Shown piece by piece: positions 28,986 through 45,480 of a DNA stretch of 64,000 nucleotides. Both the position numbers and the translations under genes were made by a program. Where the stretch lies: the NCBI RefSeq assembly GCF_009914755.1, contig NC_060938.1; one strand, 5' to 3'. Every line of letters starts with the position of its first letter. The first letter of the stretch is position 1. This stretch comes from the human T2T-CHM13v2.0 reference genome, Homo sapiens. The notes beneath the pieces were generated by a model. The model worked only from the letters and a program-made list of their open reading frames with translations. It made no database searches and was not told the DNA's origin.

Positions 28986-29653
28986 AGAGGAGTTCATGAC
29001 TTTAAACATCTAGTAAAGACAGTATCATGACTTTAAAGCATCTAGTAAAGACAGTATCTGACCTGCCTAATTTAGATCAAATACCTAAATTTTGAAGATG
29101 TTTTATTAATAATTTGTAAAACTGTACCAAAGATTACTAAAATAATGTGGACTAAAATCCATTAAAGCTTTTTTTTGACCAAATATTTTATTTAAGCACT
29201 GAATTTTCTTCAAGCCAATTGATGAGAGCTCTTTTATATAAACATTACACACACTGCATATAAGCACAGACACAGACAGGCAGAAGCAGGTCTGGTAGGG
29301 TTATACATTTTTCATTTGCCAGGTAAGTTTTTCTTTCCCATTTTAGACTATCAGTGTCTTGATTACCTGTTTTCTGCCTTAAACAGTTGTCAGCTAGGCA
29401 ACTCTAAATTTGCATTTTTCAAAAGACAACTCAGGTAAACAAGATACAGAATTCACATTTTACTCAAACCAAGAAAAAATGGCCTGACTAAAAGTTAAGA
29501 TGGCCAGGAAAAGCAGACATTCTTACACATCAAGATTTCCTTAAAGATGTAAATTTTTAAAGTTGGATTACTGGATTTAGAGTGGAGCCTTTTAAGGAAC
29601 AGGGCCCAGAAAGCATGCAGTTTCTAAGACCTAATAGGTCGTAGACCTATTAG

Positions 29654-30107
<454 letters not shown>

Positions 30108-30767
30108 CACAGTGTATTTCATTGTAAGGACATTTTCTGAAGCTGCTGGATAACCAAATGCCTATCAGCAAGCTCTGTAATCAGCCCATCTCACATTTCA
30201 TACTTTCCAGGTGCACAAGAGCCTGTTTTTCTCATCTAAATGTGCAAAGAAAGGAGTATTACCTTGTAATAATAACTGTTCACTGTAAGCAACTGTCATT
30301 AGCCATCCCTAAAAGTGTATTTCCTACCTAGCTATTACATACAAAAGCTAAAAGTTTTCTCACAAAGCAAAATAATTTTTGATGTCCCCAAAAGTAAAAC
30401 AGGTCAGGTAACACAATGCAAAACAGAGCAAAGCCTTCGATTTTAAAAGGAAACTGTCTGCTTACAATTCTTGGGGTTCCACGAGGACAACAAAATTTTC
30501 TCCCAAAACAGGGTCGGTGGCACCTCCCATGTTTCTCCCAAGAAGTCCCAGGCTGTCAGAAATTACCTTAGGTCATCTCTTGTGGACGTACAGGGTGGCA
30601 AGAAGACAGAAGTAAATGGAGAAATGATTCAGTCAACTGAGAAGGAAAAAAACACTTTTTTTCCCCCAAAAAACAAGACCTAAGAAGAGAAAAAAGCCTA
30701 AAAGCCTTATAAAATTAGTTGACTTTTAACCATAGAACTCTTAAAAACAAAACAAAACAAAAAACTT

Positions 30768-31067
30768 GGCTAGATGTGGTGGCTGATGCCTGTAATCCCA
30801 GCACTTTGGGAAGCCCAGGCGGGCAGATCACTTGAGCCCAGGAGTTGGAGACCAGCCTGGCCAACATGGTAACACCCTGTCTCTACTAAAAATACAAAAA
30901 TTAGCTGGACATGGTGGCATGCACCTTTAGTCCCAGCTACTTAGGAAAATGAGGCAGAAGAATCACTTGAACCTTGGAGGCTTAGGTTGCAGTGAGCCGA
31001 GATCATGCCATTGCACTCCGGCCTGGGTGACAGAGTGAGACTCTGTCTCAAAAAAAAAAAAAAAAAA
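30768..31067 (+). mobile_element. Alu
   Basis: Full dimer plus polyA. Confidence 0.9.
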
Positions 31068-31111
31068 GCCAGAGGTGTCAGCTGTTTGTCCCAGATAACA
31101 AAAGATTTTAA

Positions 31112-31518
<407 letters not shown>

Positions 31519-31865
31519 TAACTAAAGCTATGACTTAACCACGAGTGTATGAGGTGTCTTCAAAGAGATGTCAAGTGGTTTTTACATGATTTAGAATCAC
31601 CCCAAAGGTAGCTTAGAGAAAGGAAAATTCAAGACAGAAAGTCAGAAGTTGTTTATGGAGGGGAAAAGAATCAATAAATAGCAAAGATCACACAAATAAC
31701 AAACCAGAAAAGATTAATTCCCTGGGAATATGAACCCAGGCAGCCCCTAGTGAAGGGGGAAAGCCCTAGCTACTGAGCTAACGCATGGGGTTGTTACCAT
31801 GCTCTTCTCTGAAGGAGCCTAGAGCAGTCATTTTCAAGCCTACACAGGATTTTAACTGCTTGACA

Positions 31866-31867
<2 letters not shown>

Positions 31868-31896
<29 letters not shown>

Positions 31897-32183
31897 GAGA
31901 GAGAGTCTTGCTCTGTCCCCCAGGCTAGAGTCCAGTGGTGCGATCTTGGCTCACTGCAAGCTCCGCCTCCTGGGTTCACGCCATTTTCGCCTCAGCCTCA
32001 GCCTCCCAAGTAGTTGGGACTACAGGCGCCCGCCACCACGCCCAGCTAATATTTTTGTATTTTTTAGTAGAGACGGGGTTTCACCGTGTTAGTCAGGATG
32101 GTCTCAATCTCCTGACCTCATGATCCGTCCACCTCGGCCTTCCAAAGTGCTAGGATTACAGGCACAAGCCACCACGCCTGGCC
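31868..32183 (-). mobile_element. AluY-like
   Basis: Long T tail; TSD ACTGCTTGACA. Confidence 0.9.
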
Positions 32184-34341
32184 ACTGCTTGACATGATTT
32201 TTAAGGCTAATCATGACATTATTATACATTCTTCTTTTAATTTAAATCTTTTTGAAAAATTGTTAAGAATACGCGATCTCTAAAGTTCTTTTTCTCTTAA
32301 TGGTGTACTCAGTTCTGATAGACACTCAATTCAAAAGCCTTTTAGAGCCCAGATGGTAATCTTTCAGGTTTTGTTTTTTTTTTTTTTTAACTATATAAGC
32401 TAAAGGTATTTCTAGAGAGATGGTAAAGGAGGCATCTTCATGGTCCCCAAGAATTAACTCTCAGAAATGAGCTTAAAATAGCAAAAGATGACAAAAGCCC
32501 CATAGGGATGGGACATCTTAAGACAAAACTCACCCCAGGCCTTGACACCTTCGGACCAAGAGTGTGCTGACTCATCTCAACCTCCTGGTCCTTTCAGACT
32601 GGCCTCCTGATATGAACCTGATAATTCCTGCCCTCTGGATGGAAGAGACCACGAGAGAGTATCCCCATATGGTAACAAGGTCATGCTCCTAAGGACATAA
32701 AACAAGATGAGAGGGAAACCTCATCCACTTTTTGTTCAGGGATCCACAGCAAAGTTTGTAACTAACCAGTTTGCCAGGCTGCTGAAAGCAGCAGGCTTTT
32801 ATAAGTCCTAAGCCTGCGTTCTATCCTGTGGTATGCTTCTCCTTGATAGAATTACATAGAAAGACAAATTCACAGCTCAAAGTACACCAGATTCACTACA
32901 ATCTAAAACTTGTCACACAAATCCCTGTTCCCATTAATTAAAACCTTGCAGAGGAGACAAACAATGATTTTCACTATTCACTTAACTGGTTTGCACAGAG
33001 AGAGGGAGGCCAGAAGCCTGGCTAGTAAGTAATCCTTACCCTTTTACAGGCATGCCAGAGGTTTGGGTTATCTTTCTCTGAATGGCTCAGGTGACCCTGC
33101 TCTCTGTGCCATACCTGTGGGGGCCAAGATGCCTACAAAAGAAAATCATCTTTTCTGTTTTATGGAACCATAGGCGAAAGCCTCTCAAATTTAAATTTAT
33201 GAAGTTAAGTTTACTTATCTCTATAGTTGCAGGTTAACCATTTGAACTCTGAACTTTTCCTGTTATGCAGAGAACCAATACTGGCAGTCGCACCCAGGCA
33301 TCCCTGGTGCCTTCCTGAAGACTAGATGGGCGTCCCCAGCACTGTGTCTCAGGCAGTCTCCCCAAACCGACAGGACTACACATTTGTACAGACAGAAACT
33401 CTAAAAGATTACAGGCCTAGGGAAGTGACATAATGAGGGGTTTCAAATAGTTACAGGATCAAAGTTCAGGGTGCCAGAGAGGGAGAGAGGAAAAGAGAGA
33501 GAGAGAATTTTTTTCTTGGGATTTGAGCCAACAACAACTTAGGCCAGGGAGGGATGTGACCTGTCCCAATGCCGGCTGAGTTAATCAGACCTGGATAGTC
33601 AACTGTTTTCATCCTTCCTGCATGGATGGCTATTCAGGTGACCCAGACCAGTAAACTAGGGAGGCTGTTTCAACCCGTCCCTCATAGATGTCTATTCAAG
33701 CAACCCAAACCAGTAAGGATTAGGAGAGGAGAGGCAAAGCGCCCTGAGTGACAGAAAAGATAGGAAGAGGAAAGGAGACAGAGGGAGGAAAGGGAAGGGA
33801 GAAAGGCATCGTCTGTGTGGGGAAGGTGAGGAGTTCCAGGAGGCTGGAGAAAGACTCACCCATTGCGGTGACACTGAATCAAAACTTCAGGCAGCTGCTT
33901 GTCAGCCATAAAGGGATCTTTTCCAGCAGTCCCGTCACCTCACAAGTCACCCTCTCAGATAGAGAAAGGCTCTCCACGTCCTGTGATCTTGGATGAGCCC
34001 CCAAAGAATATGTTACTGACCACGAGTTTTGGGGCTCTCAATGCAGTAGGAATTGACATGAGGCCAAAATAGTTTCCCCAGACAAGGCTTCATTGGAGTT
34101 TATGTCCAGGCATAATGGAGGCAGCACGAGACAGACAGAGAATTCCCTGACTCAACCTCTGAAAAGAGCTGGTGGGGCTTTTTTATTAGGCAATATTAAA
34201 TACATTTATATAGCCTATCTCCAATTAATTTGCCTTTTGTCAGTTGATTTTTCAGCAAAACTTCAGAGGGCAAAGGGGAAGTTTCCTCTTGGCTCAAACA
34301 CCCTTTTCCTTCTGTTTTTGTTTTTTTTTTAATGTTTTCCA

Positions 34342-34711
<370 letters not shown>

Positions 34712-35161
34712 TCACAATGAGGCCAAATTGATGAAAATGTGATTTAGTATATGAGAGGAGTGAAATGAATATAGACTATTTGCACTCAGTCTATAGAATA
34801 TATTTAATCAGAAAAACATATTTTTATTTACAATGAGGTTTGGGAATGCCATTCTGGCTTGGGTTATTGTAGGGTAAGGAGCAAGTTCCAGAATGTTTTC
34901 CAGCACTTTTCTGCCATGGAAATAGCCCTAGCTCACCTCTGTAACAAACACAAGAATCCATCAGTATTAAGCCATGTCGAGTTCACCAAAATGTGCTTTA
35001 TCTCACGAAAAGATTTGACGTAAGACAAGATCAGGGTAGAAAGAAAAGGAGTATTCTAATTAAAAACTGGGGAAAGATCAGAATTAGATTAATCATTTCC
35101 GGCTTGAACTTTTCTAAGTTCTTCATTCTCTGAATTAGCAGCCTTGCTGGTATGTTTGTAT

Positions 35162-35663
35162 TGTCAACCTAAAATAATGTAAAAGATCAGGATCCAGTTA
35201 AGAGTTTATTCGAGTGCAAGGTATGAGGGTAACAGACTGTCCATGGGCACACAGACACCGAAGAATGGTGAGTAGTTCTCCTATGTGGGGAAAGTGAAGA
35301 TTGTTTGCCTAGGCAAAAATTGACATGCTGAACAGAATTATAACATGTTCCATAAAAAGGGTAACATACAGACATAAGATTTGATTGGCTACTACTGATT
35401 ACTCTCTAAAGGGGTTCCTTCACATTCTATTGGAAAGAGGTAAAAATCACAAAGGTGTCTATCTCCAACGTCATTTAGTCTAGGTTTGAATGAAGAATAG
35501 GGATTCTGGTCAATGTATAACAACTCAACACAAAGGTCAGGAAGCAACAGTCACGCACTAAAGAAGAAAAACAGCTGTGTTATGTGACTCAGTTTCCAGA
35601 GCTGAGCTTTTCTTTTTGGCATAATAAATTTGGAAAGTCCTGAAATTTTATTTTCTTTTCACA
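35162..35663 (-). mobile_element. ERV1 MER4-group solo LTR
   Basis: Minus strand reads TGTGAAAAGAAAATAAAAT...TTATTTTAGGTTGACA. Confidence 0.7.
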
Positions 35664-35707
35664 ATTTTCTTTACATATTCCCACACATTCATTAGTTCAA
35701 CAAATAG

Positions 35708-36052
<345 letters not shown>

Positions 36053-36325
36053 TGAGGGCCTATTATGTATCCTTCCTGGATGCTAAGGTCCAAAGCCCTT
36101 TTCTCCTGGAAGTAACATTCTAGTGGAAATGAGGAAGTGACAGACAAGAGCGTAGTAAGCAATATTGTATGTTAGAAGGTGATTAGTGCTATGGGAGAAA
36201 AAATAGGAAAAGGGAGGTTGGGAGTGCAAAGAAGGAGGGATTTGCTATTTTAAATAGGATAGTTGTAGTCCTCACCAGGAAGGTCATGTCTGAGCAAATA
36301 TTTGAAACTGAGAATAAAAAAGGGG

Positions 36326-36636
36326 GGACTGGGTGCGATGGCTCATGCCTGTAATCCCAGCACTTAGGGAGGCCAAGGCAGCAGGATCCCTTGAGTCCAG
36401 GTGTTTGAGATCAGCCTGGGCAACATTGTTAGACTCTGTCTCTACAAAAAAAACGAACAAAATTATCTCAGCATGGTGGTGTGTGGCTGTAGTTCCAGCT
36501 ACTCAGAAGGCTGAGGTGGGAGGACTGCTTGACCCCAGGAGGTCGAGGCTGCTTGCAGTAAGCCAAGACTGTGCCACTGCACTCCAGCCTGAGTGACAGA
36601 GAAAGACCATGTCTCGAAAAAAAAAAAAAAAAAAAA
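36326..36636 (+). mobile_element. AluJ within an L2 remnant (~36040-36880)
   Basis: Alu consensus; flanks TTTGAAACTG. Confidence 0.88.
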
Positions 36637-36889
36637 GAGAGAGAGAGAGATTTTGAAACTGTGGGAATTAGCCATGTGGATATCTGGAGGAACATCCTAT
36701 GCAGAGGGAACTGCACTGCCAAGGCCATAAGACAGAAGCGTGTATGTTGTTTTAGGGAACAAGAAGATAGTCAAATGACTGGAGCAGAATGAGCTGGGGG
36801 TGAGTTGTAGGAGGACATGAGGTCATATTGGGATTGGAGGGCTGGATCACGTAGAGCCTCCTTAAGTGATCACAAGGACTTTGTCCACC

Positions 36890-37965
36890 CTAGGGTTATG
36901 GGGATGGCTGAACACACCCCACCTGACACTGGACAGGTGAGATCAACAGCAGTTTATTGGTCTTATATACTTCCAGCAAAGGGGAAGAGGACACAGCATG
37001 GCCCAAGGGTGCTGCACTTGGGAACGGAATGAACAATCAGGAGCTGTGGAACCAGGCTTTGTAGTGAGTGGGATACTCAAGAGGGTGGGATACTCCAAAG
37101 GAGTTCAGGGAATGCCACCCCCAAATATGATGCTTTGGTATGCAGATTACTTTGAACTGAGGACACGTGGGGAACAAGAGTTGCAGGCAGAGGCTTTCTC
37201 TAAGCATCCTCCAATCTGCCTGAAGATGAATCCTCCAAAAGGAATTCGATTGTCATGAATCCCCTTTCTGGGAATCTTATTAACCATATCAACCAGGGAA
37301 GATGAACTTGGATTGCAGTGGAGGAGACTAGAGGTTGACCCATGCCCAGACAGACTATCACCTATGTTTTTGAAGGCTGCTTTAAGACAACTTTTTTTAC
37401 CCAAGGGACTTTTTATCTGTATAACAAGACAACATTTATTCAGCAAAATTTCCTCTCCTCGCTTTTCCATAACTTATATCATTATCACCCCTCAGAAGCC
37501 CCGAGTCACTGTTCCTTTCTGTAGCTCAGGATGCTATATAAGCTTCAATCATCTGACTCTTCTTCGAGTCTCATATTTTGTGGGATTCTCATGCGTACAT
37601 CCATTATTAATTATGGCTTTTCTCTTGTTAATCTGTTGCATGTCAATTTAATTTGAGGCCAGCCAAAGAACCTAGAAGGGTAAAGGGAAGCTATTTTTCC
37701 CTCCTCTACAGCTCTTTGGTTCCTGCAGTAGGAAGTGATGGGCTTGTTTAAATAATCCTGTGGGCTGGCAGGGAACTGAAACCCACTACTCAGGGATAAG
37801 CAGACACCGTGCCTGGTACTCCTGATAAGGAGGGCTGTTTGGCTAGGGGACTTTATCCATGGGAGCGGAGTGGAGAAAGGAACTTGAGGTTAAGCCTTTC
37901 CCAATTTCACCAGATGTCAAGACAGCACATAATATTAGATCCTAACTTCAGGGCTTGCACCACAG
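36890..37965. mobile_element. Nested LTRs: ERVL-type LTR interrupted by a MER34/MER39-like LTR (~37095-37690, plus strand)
   Basis: Inner element GCCACCCCCAAATATG...CTTTGAACTGAGG...TTTTCCCTCCTCTACA; family names tentative. Confidence 0.55.
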
Positions 37966-38228
37966 GAAGTCAAAACTTGTAGAATGACTAGAATGACACC
38001 CAAATTTTCTAGTTCTTTTTTTTCTCCTTTACTGTCTGACTCTGACCTAAGCAGGCTGAATCAAAGAAGCTGACTCAGAAAGCAAAGTAGAGACTTTGAA
38101 AACTGAGCTGCCCTTCTGTATCTTGATTGTGATTACAGTTACATGACCTCTATACATCTGTGAAAACTCATAGATCTGTACACTAAACATGGTGAACATT
38201 ACTGTATATAAATAAAAAATTAAATTAA

Positions 38229-38557
<329 letters not shown>

Positions 38558-38726
38558 TTAAATAAGTATTTTTTAAAAAGAAAAAGACTAGACTGTGGAG
38601 AGCAGAGACAGAAGAAGGACACTATTCAGGAGGCTACTGTGGTAACCCCGGAAAAGACATGGCCTGGACCAAGGTGGAAACAGTGATTTGGTGCGAAGTG
38701 CCCAGGGCCAATAGAATTTTCTGTAC

Positions 38727-38944
38727 CAGGGTTTCTCAACCTCAGCAATATTGACATTGGATAATTGGATACATTTTTTGTTGTGAGTAGGCTGCACTGT
38801 GCATTGTAGGATGTTTAGCAGCATTCCTGGCCTCTACCCACTAGAGGCCAGTAGCAACTTCCTAGTTGTGACAAACAAAAATGTCTCCAGACATTGCCAA
38901 ATGTTGAAGTGGTAGGGAGGAACACTCCGAGTTGAGAATCACTG
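38727..38944 (+). mobile_element. MER20 (hAT-Charlie) DNA transposon
   Basis: TIR-like ends CAGGGTTTCTCAAC / GTTGAGAATCACTG; core GCATTGTAGGATGTTTAGCAGCAT.CCTGGCCTCTACCCACTAGA. Confidence 0.88.
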
Positions 38945-39404
38945 TTCTAGATGAATGTCCTAAGCTTTGGGCCACAGACTAAATACCACATTAATCATCA
39001 GTGTCAGCTCAGTTGGAGCAGGCTTCAGGTAGCCTCCTACCACTTAGTATGTACAGACAACAGAAGCCCAGCATCTGAAACCATGAGAGTTTCAGGAACT
39101 TGGAAGTTCAATGGGCTATAAAGAGTTAAGCTGTTAGGTTCTGCCAAACTACTATAAGATTTTTCACAATTCCTGTTATCTATGATGTCATATCAAAATT
39201 GCACATTCAGTTCCATTTGCCAGTTTCTCATGTTTGAAACTCAAATTTAGGACCCTTATTATTTATATTCCTACCTATTTATATTTCCAAATTGAGATCT
39301 GACCTTCTGACCTTCCAGGAAAGAATGTGGACTATAGAAAGACAATATGAATGAAAGGGTTGGCAGCTCCAAGGCAAATAACATAAGGGAGATTATAACT
39401 TTCA

Positions 39405-39779
<375 letters not shown>

Positions 39780-39837
39780 CTATCAGCATCAAAGGATAAA
39801 TAGAACTGTGATGTCAGAAATTAAAAAGAAAAAGCTA

Positions 39838-40152
<315 letters not shown>

Positions 40153-40760
40153 CTAAAATAAGATGTTTGAATCTCAAGAAACACAGTCATCTTGAAAAAG
40201 CCTGACACTACCAAGAAATAAAGGCTTTATAAACTTTTAAAGTTCAGTTAACATTTCAAAATCAAGACCTTGGCAACAGTAAGAGTGGTATTTAATGTAT
40301 GCCATACGGCAGGGAAAGTGAGGCTATGACATAAGGAAAGTACCTGCCAAGTAGGAGGGTAGGAAAGTCTTCTGCTTGTGATCTGCTGGAGTGTGGAGAG
40401 GAGAAAGGGCTAGAGCAGGTGCAGCATCATATCCACCCGTTCTGGCTTCCGCCTTGTTCCGTGAAAAGGCCATAAAAAGCTGAAGGAGCAGAGAAACCAA
40501 AGAAGGAGGCAGACAAATCCAGTTTGTTGGTTTTATGTGATTTATTAGGGAAACTTACAGACAGAAATGTTGTCTTGGGCAGCCGCAAGACAATTAGATC
40601 TTCGCACTACAACACCCCAGACCCAGGGCTTATATCTTGGGAAAAGAGCATATGTGCTCTGGAAGGAATGTGTAGGTGGCTATGGGTGTCAGAGGAGAGC
40701 CTATGATTTCTGTAACAACAAGGGTTGTTTTGGAGGAAACTTAAAATGAATAGATGTTCC

Positions 40761-41316
40761 TGTTAGAGAAACCCCTGCTTTTCAGGCCTCTGGTTTAATA
40801 ATGCATGAACAGAGGGACTCCATCTTGAGTGAGTAACTAAGCACTCACAAGGCTTATAAGGTTAATACTTCTGGTCTGAAAATAGTCACATCTCAAGCTG
40901 ACCACCACTTATAAATGCAGAGTATTTATAACCATACAGAGCATCTCCCACCAAGCCTTCAGAATGCCCAGATGTCCTAAGAGTGCAGCCCACTTTGCTT
41001 AAAGATACCATTAACTAAGAGGCTTGGGTTGAAGGATTGATTAATGGTCACCTGTAACACCAATAGCCCCTACCTTTAGTGAGCACATCTGCATGTTCCA
41101 AGTTTAATATTGCTCCTTTTAGTTTCTTATAAGTATAGAGGCACTAAAAAAGAATGGAATGTTCCTTCTCCTGCTGAAGACTCCTACTTTGTAACAGAGT
41201 AGTTTCCAATAAACTTGCTTATTTCACTGTTCTCTCTGACTCGCCTCAAAATCTTTCCTACACGAGATCCAAGAACCTGCTCTTAGGGTCTGCATCGGGA
41301 CCATCTTTTCCAGCGA
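40761..41316 (+). mobile_element. MER41-family ERV1 solo LTR, inserted in another LTR-like remnant (~40455-40760)
   Basis: GACTCCATCTTG...AATAAACTTGCTT...GAGATCCAAGAACC..CTCTT.GGGTCTG.ATCGGGACC. Confidence 0.7.
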
Positions 41317-41566
41317 TGTTTCTACATAAAGAGTAAGTAATCCCAGCACTTTGAGAGGCAGTGGCAGGAGAATCACTTGAGCTCAGAATGTTGAGGCTGC
41401 AGTGAGCTGTGATCATGCCACTGTATTCCAGCCTGGGTGAAAGAGCAAGACCCTGTCTCAAAAATTAAAATAAAATAAAGACAGTTTTGTCCCCACATCC
41501 CTCCAGGCTGGAATCTCAGGGAAGCAGGTGGTTGTAGCGGAAGCACCCAAATAGGTGGGGTATTGG

Positions 41567-42000
<434 letters not shown>

Positions 42001-42351
42001 CTAGAGCAATGGCATTCAGTGGCAGAGGTAGCCTGATTGGGCATCCTGAGATAACTGCTGCTTCTCAGTAGCCTGCATGTGACATATGTGAGAATCTACA
42101 TGTTTACATATTGCCCCAGTAAGTAACATTGGAGATGGTAAGCAGTCTGGTGAGCTAGTGGAGCTAAGGAGCCATAGCTTATGAGGGTTTTACAACCAGA
42201 GGTAAATGGCTGGAACCCTGGATCTCCGCAGTGAGGGCTGGCCTGGTACCACAAAAAGCCAGATGAAACCCGCTTCCCCTTAGTGAGGACCTACAGGTGT
42301 CATGCAGAGCTGAGGTCTCATTTTCCTGACCTCCACCATCAGGTCATATGA

Positions 42352-42778
<427 letters not shown>

Positions 42779-42854
42779 TAAGATACTTTTTATTGATAAA
42801 TTTAAGCTCACATTGTCTTCTCTTTTTACCCCGTCTAATAGTAGGGTGGGGCTT

Positions 42855-43176
42855 CTTTCTTTTTCTTCTTTTTTGAGACAGGTTCTTGCTTTGCTTTTTT
42901 TTTTTTTTTTTTTGAGACAGCGTCTTGCTGTGTCACCCAGGCTGGAGTGTAGCGGCACAATCGTGGCTCACTGCAGCCTCAACCTCCCTTGCTCAAGCAA
43001 TCCTTCTGCCTCGCCCAGTTAATTTTTTAATTTTTTGTAGAGACAGGGTCCCACTATGTCGCTGACGCTGGTCTCAATTCCTGGGCTCAAGCCATCTCCC
43101 TGCCTTGGTCTCCCAAAGTGCTGGCCTTGGTCTTCCAAAGTGCTGGCATTACAGGCATGAGCCACCATGCTGGGTC
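42855..43176 (-). mobile_element. AluJ with local internal duplications
   Basis: TSD TAGGGTGGGG; tandem CCTTGGTCT.CCAAAGTGCTGG. Confidence 0.85.
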
Positions 43177-44749
43177 TAGGGTGGGGTTTCAAGCTAAACT
43201 AGATCAGTTATAGATAATAAAGAACAGTCATTCTTCCTGTTCATCTGAGAGTCAAACTTTTTTTTAAAAAACTCTAATATAGATACTTTGTGCTTCCAAG
43301 TAATCTCATGGAGAAAAGCTTATTTCATTTATTTATTAATTCAGTAATATGACTACCCGACATATACTAGGTACCGGTGGCACAAACATCAATTATGTGT
43401 CATTCCTGTGCTCAGAGAGCTGGGTTCCTAGCAGGCTAAATACACTAGTGAGCAGGTGCTCACACCAGAAATAAGAGGGCTCCCATACAGTTACATACTG
43501 GGTGCTTTGGGAGAGGCATCTCCCCAAGGGTTTGGAAGCATCCAGGAAGGCTTGCTGGAGAAGGGAGCCTTTCAGATTGGCCAATATTTTTGTTAAGTGA
43601 CAATATCAAATGATGGCAAAACTGTGGATGAAAAACTGGGAATACAAATTGGTACATTTCTGGAGAGCAGTGTTTTTACAAAATCTTTAAAATGTACATT
43701 TTTTAAAACCATAGTTCCACCTCTAGTAATTTATCCTAAGGAAATACTTTAGCTGTAGGGATGTTCATTGCAGTGTTATTTATAGCAATGAAAAATTCTC
43801 CAACAGTTGAGGGCTGATTAAAGTATATATTTTCACAAATCAGATATATAGTAATTAAAAATTGTGTTGTAGAAGCAAGCTTCTCAAACAGTGCTGCTCC
43901 AGAGACTACGTGCTCATTTGCCAAGGAATATGTGAGGCCATAGGACAAACTTAGTTCATCTTTCTCAACACGAATTTTACTGGTGATTTAGGAGTGTGAC
44001 AGAGGCTACTAGTTAACTATCCCAATGTCCATTCTCTTTCCTCCTCAGTAACAAAACTCTTGATTTGTACCAGGGTGTGTTGCTGCTCACGAATAATAAG
44101 ACTACATATCCCCATTCTCTGATGTGGCTAGATGTGGCTTTAGGAGTAAATGCAAACCAACGAGGTGTCAATGAACTGTTATGAAAGACTTTCAGGGAGG
44201 CCACCTTGATGGAGCTGACTCACAGGGTTGAGACAAGGGAGTGACCATTTAGCTACTTTCAGTAATTTTTAAAAAGCTTCTGTGTGATTTAAAAAGTTTT
44301 TTAAAAATTATTCTTAAAGTGGAAACAAATACAGTTTCAAATGTTTGGCTAATTCTAATTTGAGGAGTACAAGAAGAGGAGAAAAGGAGGGGGATGTGGG
44401 AGGAAGCGGATGCTTTATTTCTAAGAGAATCTTGGATAAGCAATGCTGATTTTCCTCTATGATTAAGTCCAATCTGAAAAGGCTGACAAGTCTCGTATAA
44501 ATTGCTTGTGGTAGAGACTCCTTTTTTTGTGTTTTCACTGTGCTTATGGTTATTTCATTTTGTAGAATCCAAGATGCCCGCCCTCCTCCTCCTCCTCCTC
44601 CACCCTCTCCCAAATTTGCCTAAGATATAATAGGCAGGGTTTCAGGATTTAGAAACGATGCACGTAGATTTCAGACTGCGCCTCTCTCTGACATCAGAAA
44701 ACCTACATTGCCTAAGGCTGGCACAGAGTTGGCCCCAAAGTCTACTTAG

Positions 44750-45480
44750 AATTTGCCGGCGGAACAGCAATGACCACTGGGCCACAGCGCTTAAGACGCC
44801 CGCTGGGTACCAATCCTGGGAGTCGGGGGCGGTGCGAGTCGGGCCCCCCCCATCCCAGGTCTGCGTAGCCAATAGCTCGGGACGGGAGCGGGAGGGGCGT
44901 GGCGTGTCCGGCAGGGGGCGCCGTGATTGGCACGCCAGCTCCCGCTGTCCGCGAGGCTGCCCTAAAGTCTAGCTCATGAGAACCCCAGGCAAGTGCGGAC
45001 CTACAAAGTTTGTCCGCTCCGGGGCACTGTAGTGGCTTTTACCCTGGCCGGGCGGGCGGGGCTCAGCCGGGCTGGGCTGGGCTCCGCGGCTGGAGCCGGG
45101 CTCTACCCAGAGCAAGACCCTGATGGCTGCGGTGTTTCTGGTAACGCTTTATGAATACTCGCCGCTTTTCTACATCGCGGTGGTCTTTACCTGCTTCATC
45201 GTGACCACCGGCCTGGTATTGGGATGGTAAGTGTCCCAGGGGTGAGAGACGAAGGGGCGGATACCGCCAGAGTGGGGTCGCGACGAGCAGCAGGGGGCAC
45301 CGGAGCCGGAGGGCCGCGGGCCGGAGGACGTCGGGGATTCGGTGTCCCCGGGTGCCTAGAACTCCGACTTTCTCTGGGAGGAAAACAAGGTGGACGCTGC
45401 ACCTGCGTCACTGCCCTGCATCACCGTTTGGTCCGTGTCGCTGGGGCATCTTGGGGTGGTACCGCATTGGGGTGTTTTAC
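44750..45480 (+). promoter_or_regulatory. CGRRF1: CGRRF1 CpG-island promoter: CCAAT boxes (44810, 44869, reverse 44926), GC boxes (44825, 44894), ACTACAnnnCCC motif (minus, 45022-45033)
   Basis: CpG-rich with no obvious TATA box; motifs read directly. Confidence 0.88.
45123..45226 (+). CDS. CGRRF1: CGRRF1 exon 1 coding part (MAAVFLVTLYEYSPLFYIAVVFTCFIVTTGLVLG; hydrophobic N-terminal membrane anchor)
   Basis: ATG at 45123, donor TG|gtaagt at 45227; recognised N-terminus of cell growth regulator with RING finger domain 1. Confidence 0.95.

Noticed and set aside
40761-41316. MER41-like LTR as an interferon-inducible STAT1 enhancer
   Set aside because: No TTCNNNGAA GAS motif was seen in this copy.
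44810-44936. ER-stress elements (ERSE/ERSE-II) in the CGRRF1 promoter
   Set aside because: None of the CCAAT boxes fits CCAAT-N9-CCACG or ATTGG-N-CCACG.
44976-45032. 18-codon uORF in frame with the CGRRF1 ATG
   Set aside because: Stops at TAG (45030-45032), so there is no N-terminal extension, and it probably lies upstream of the TSS.
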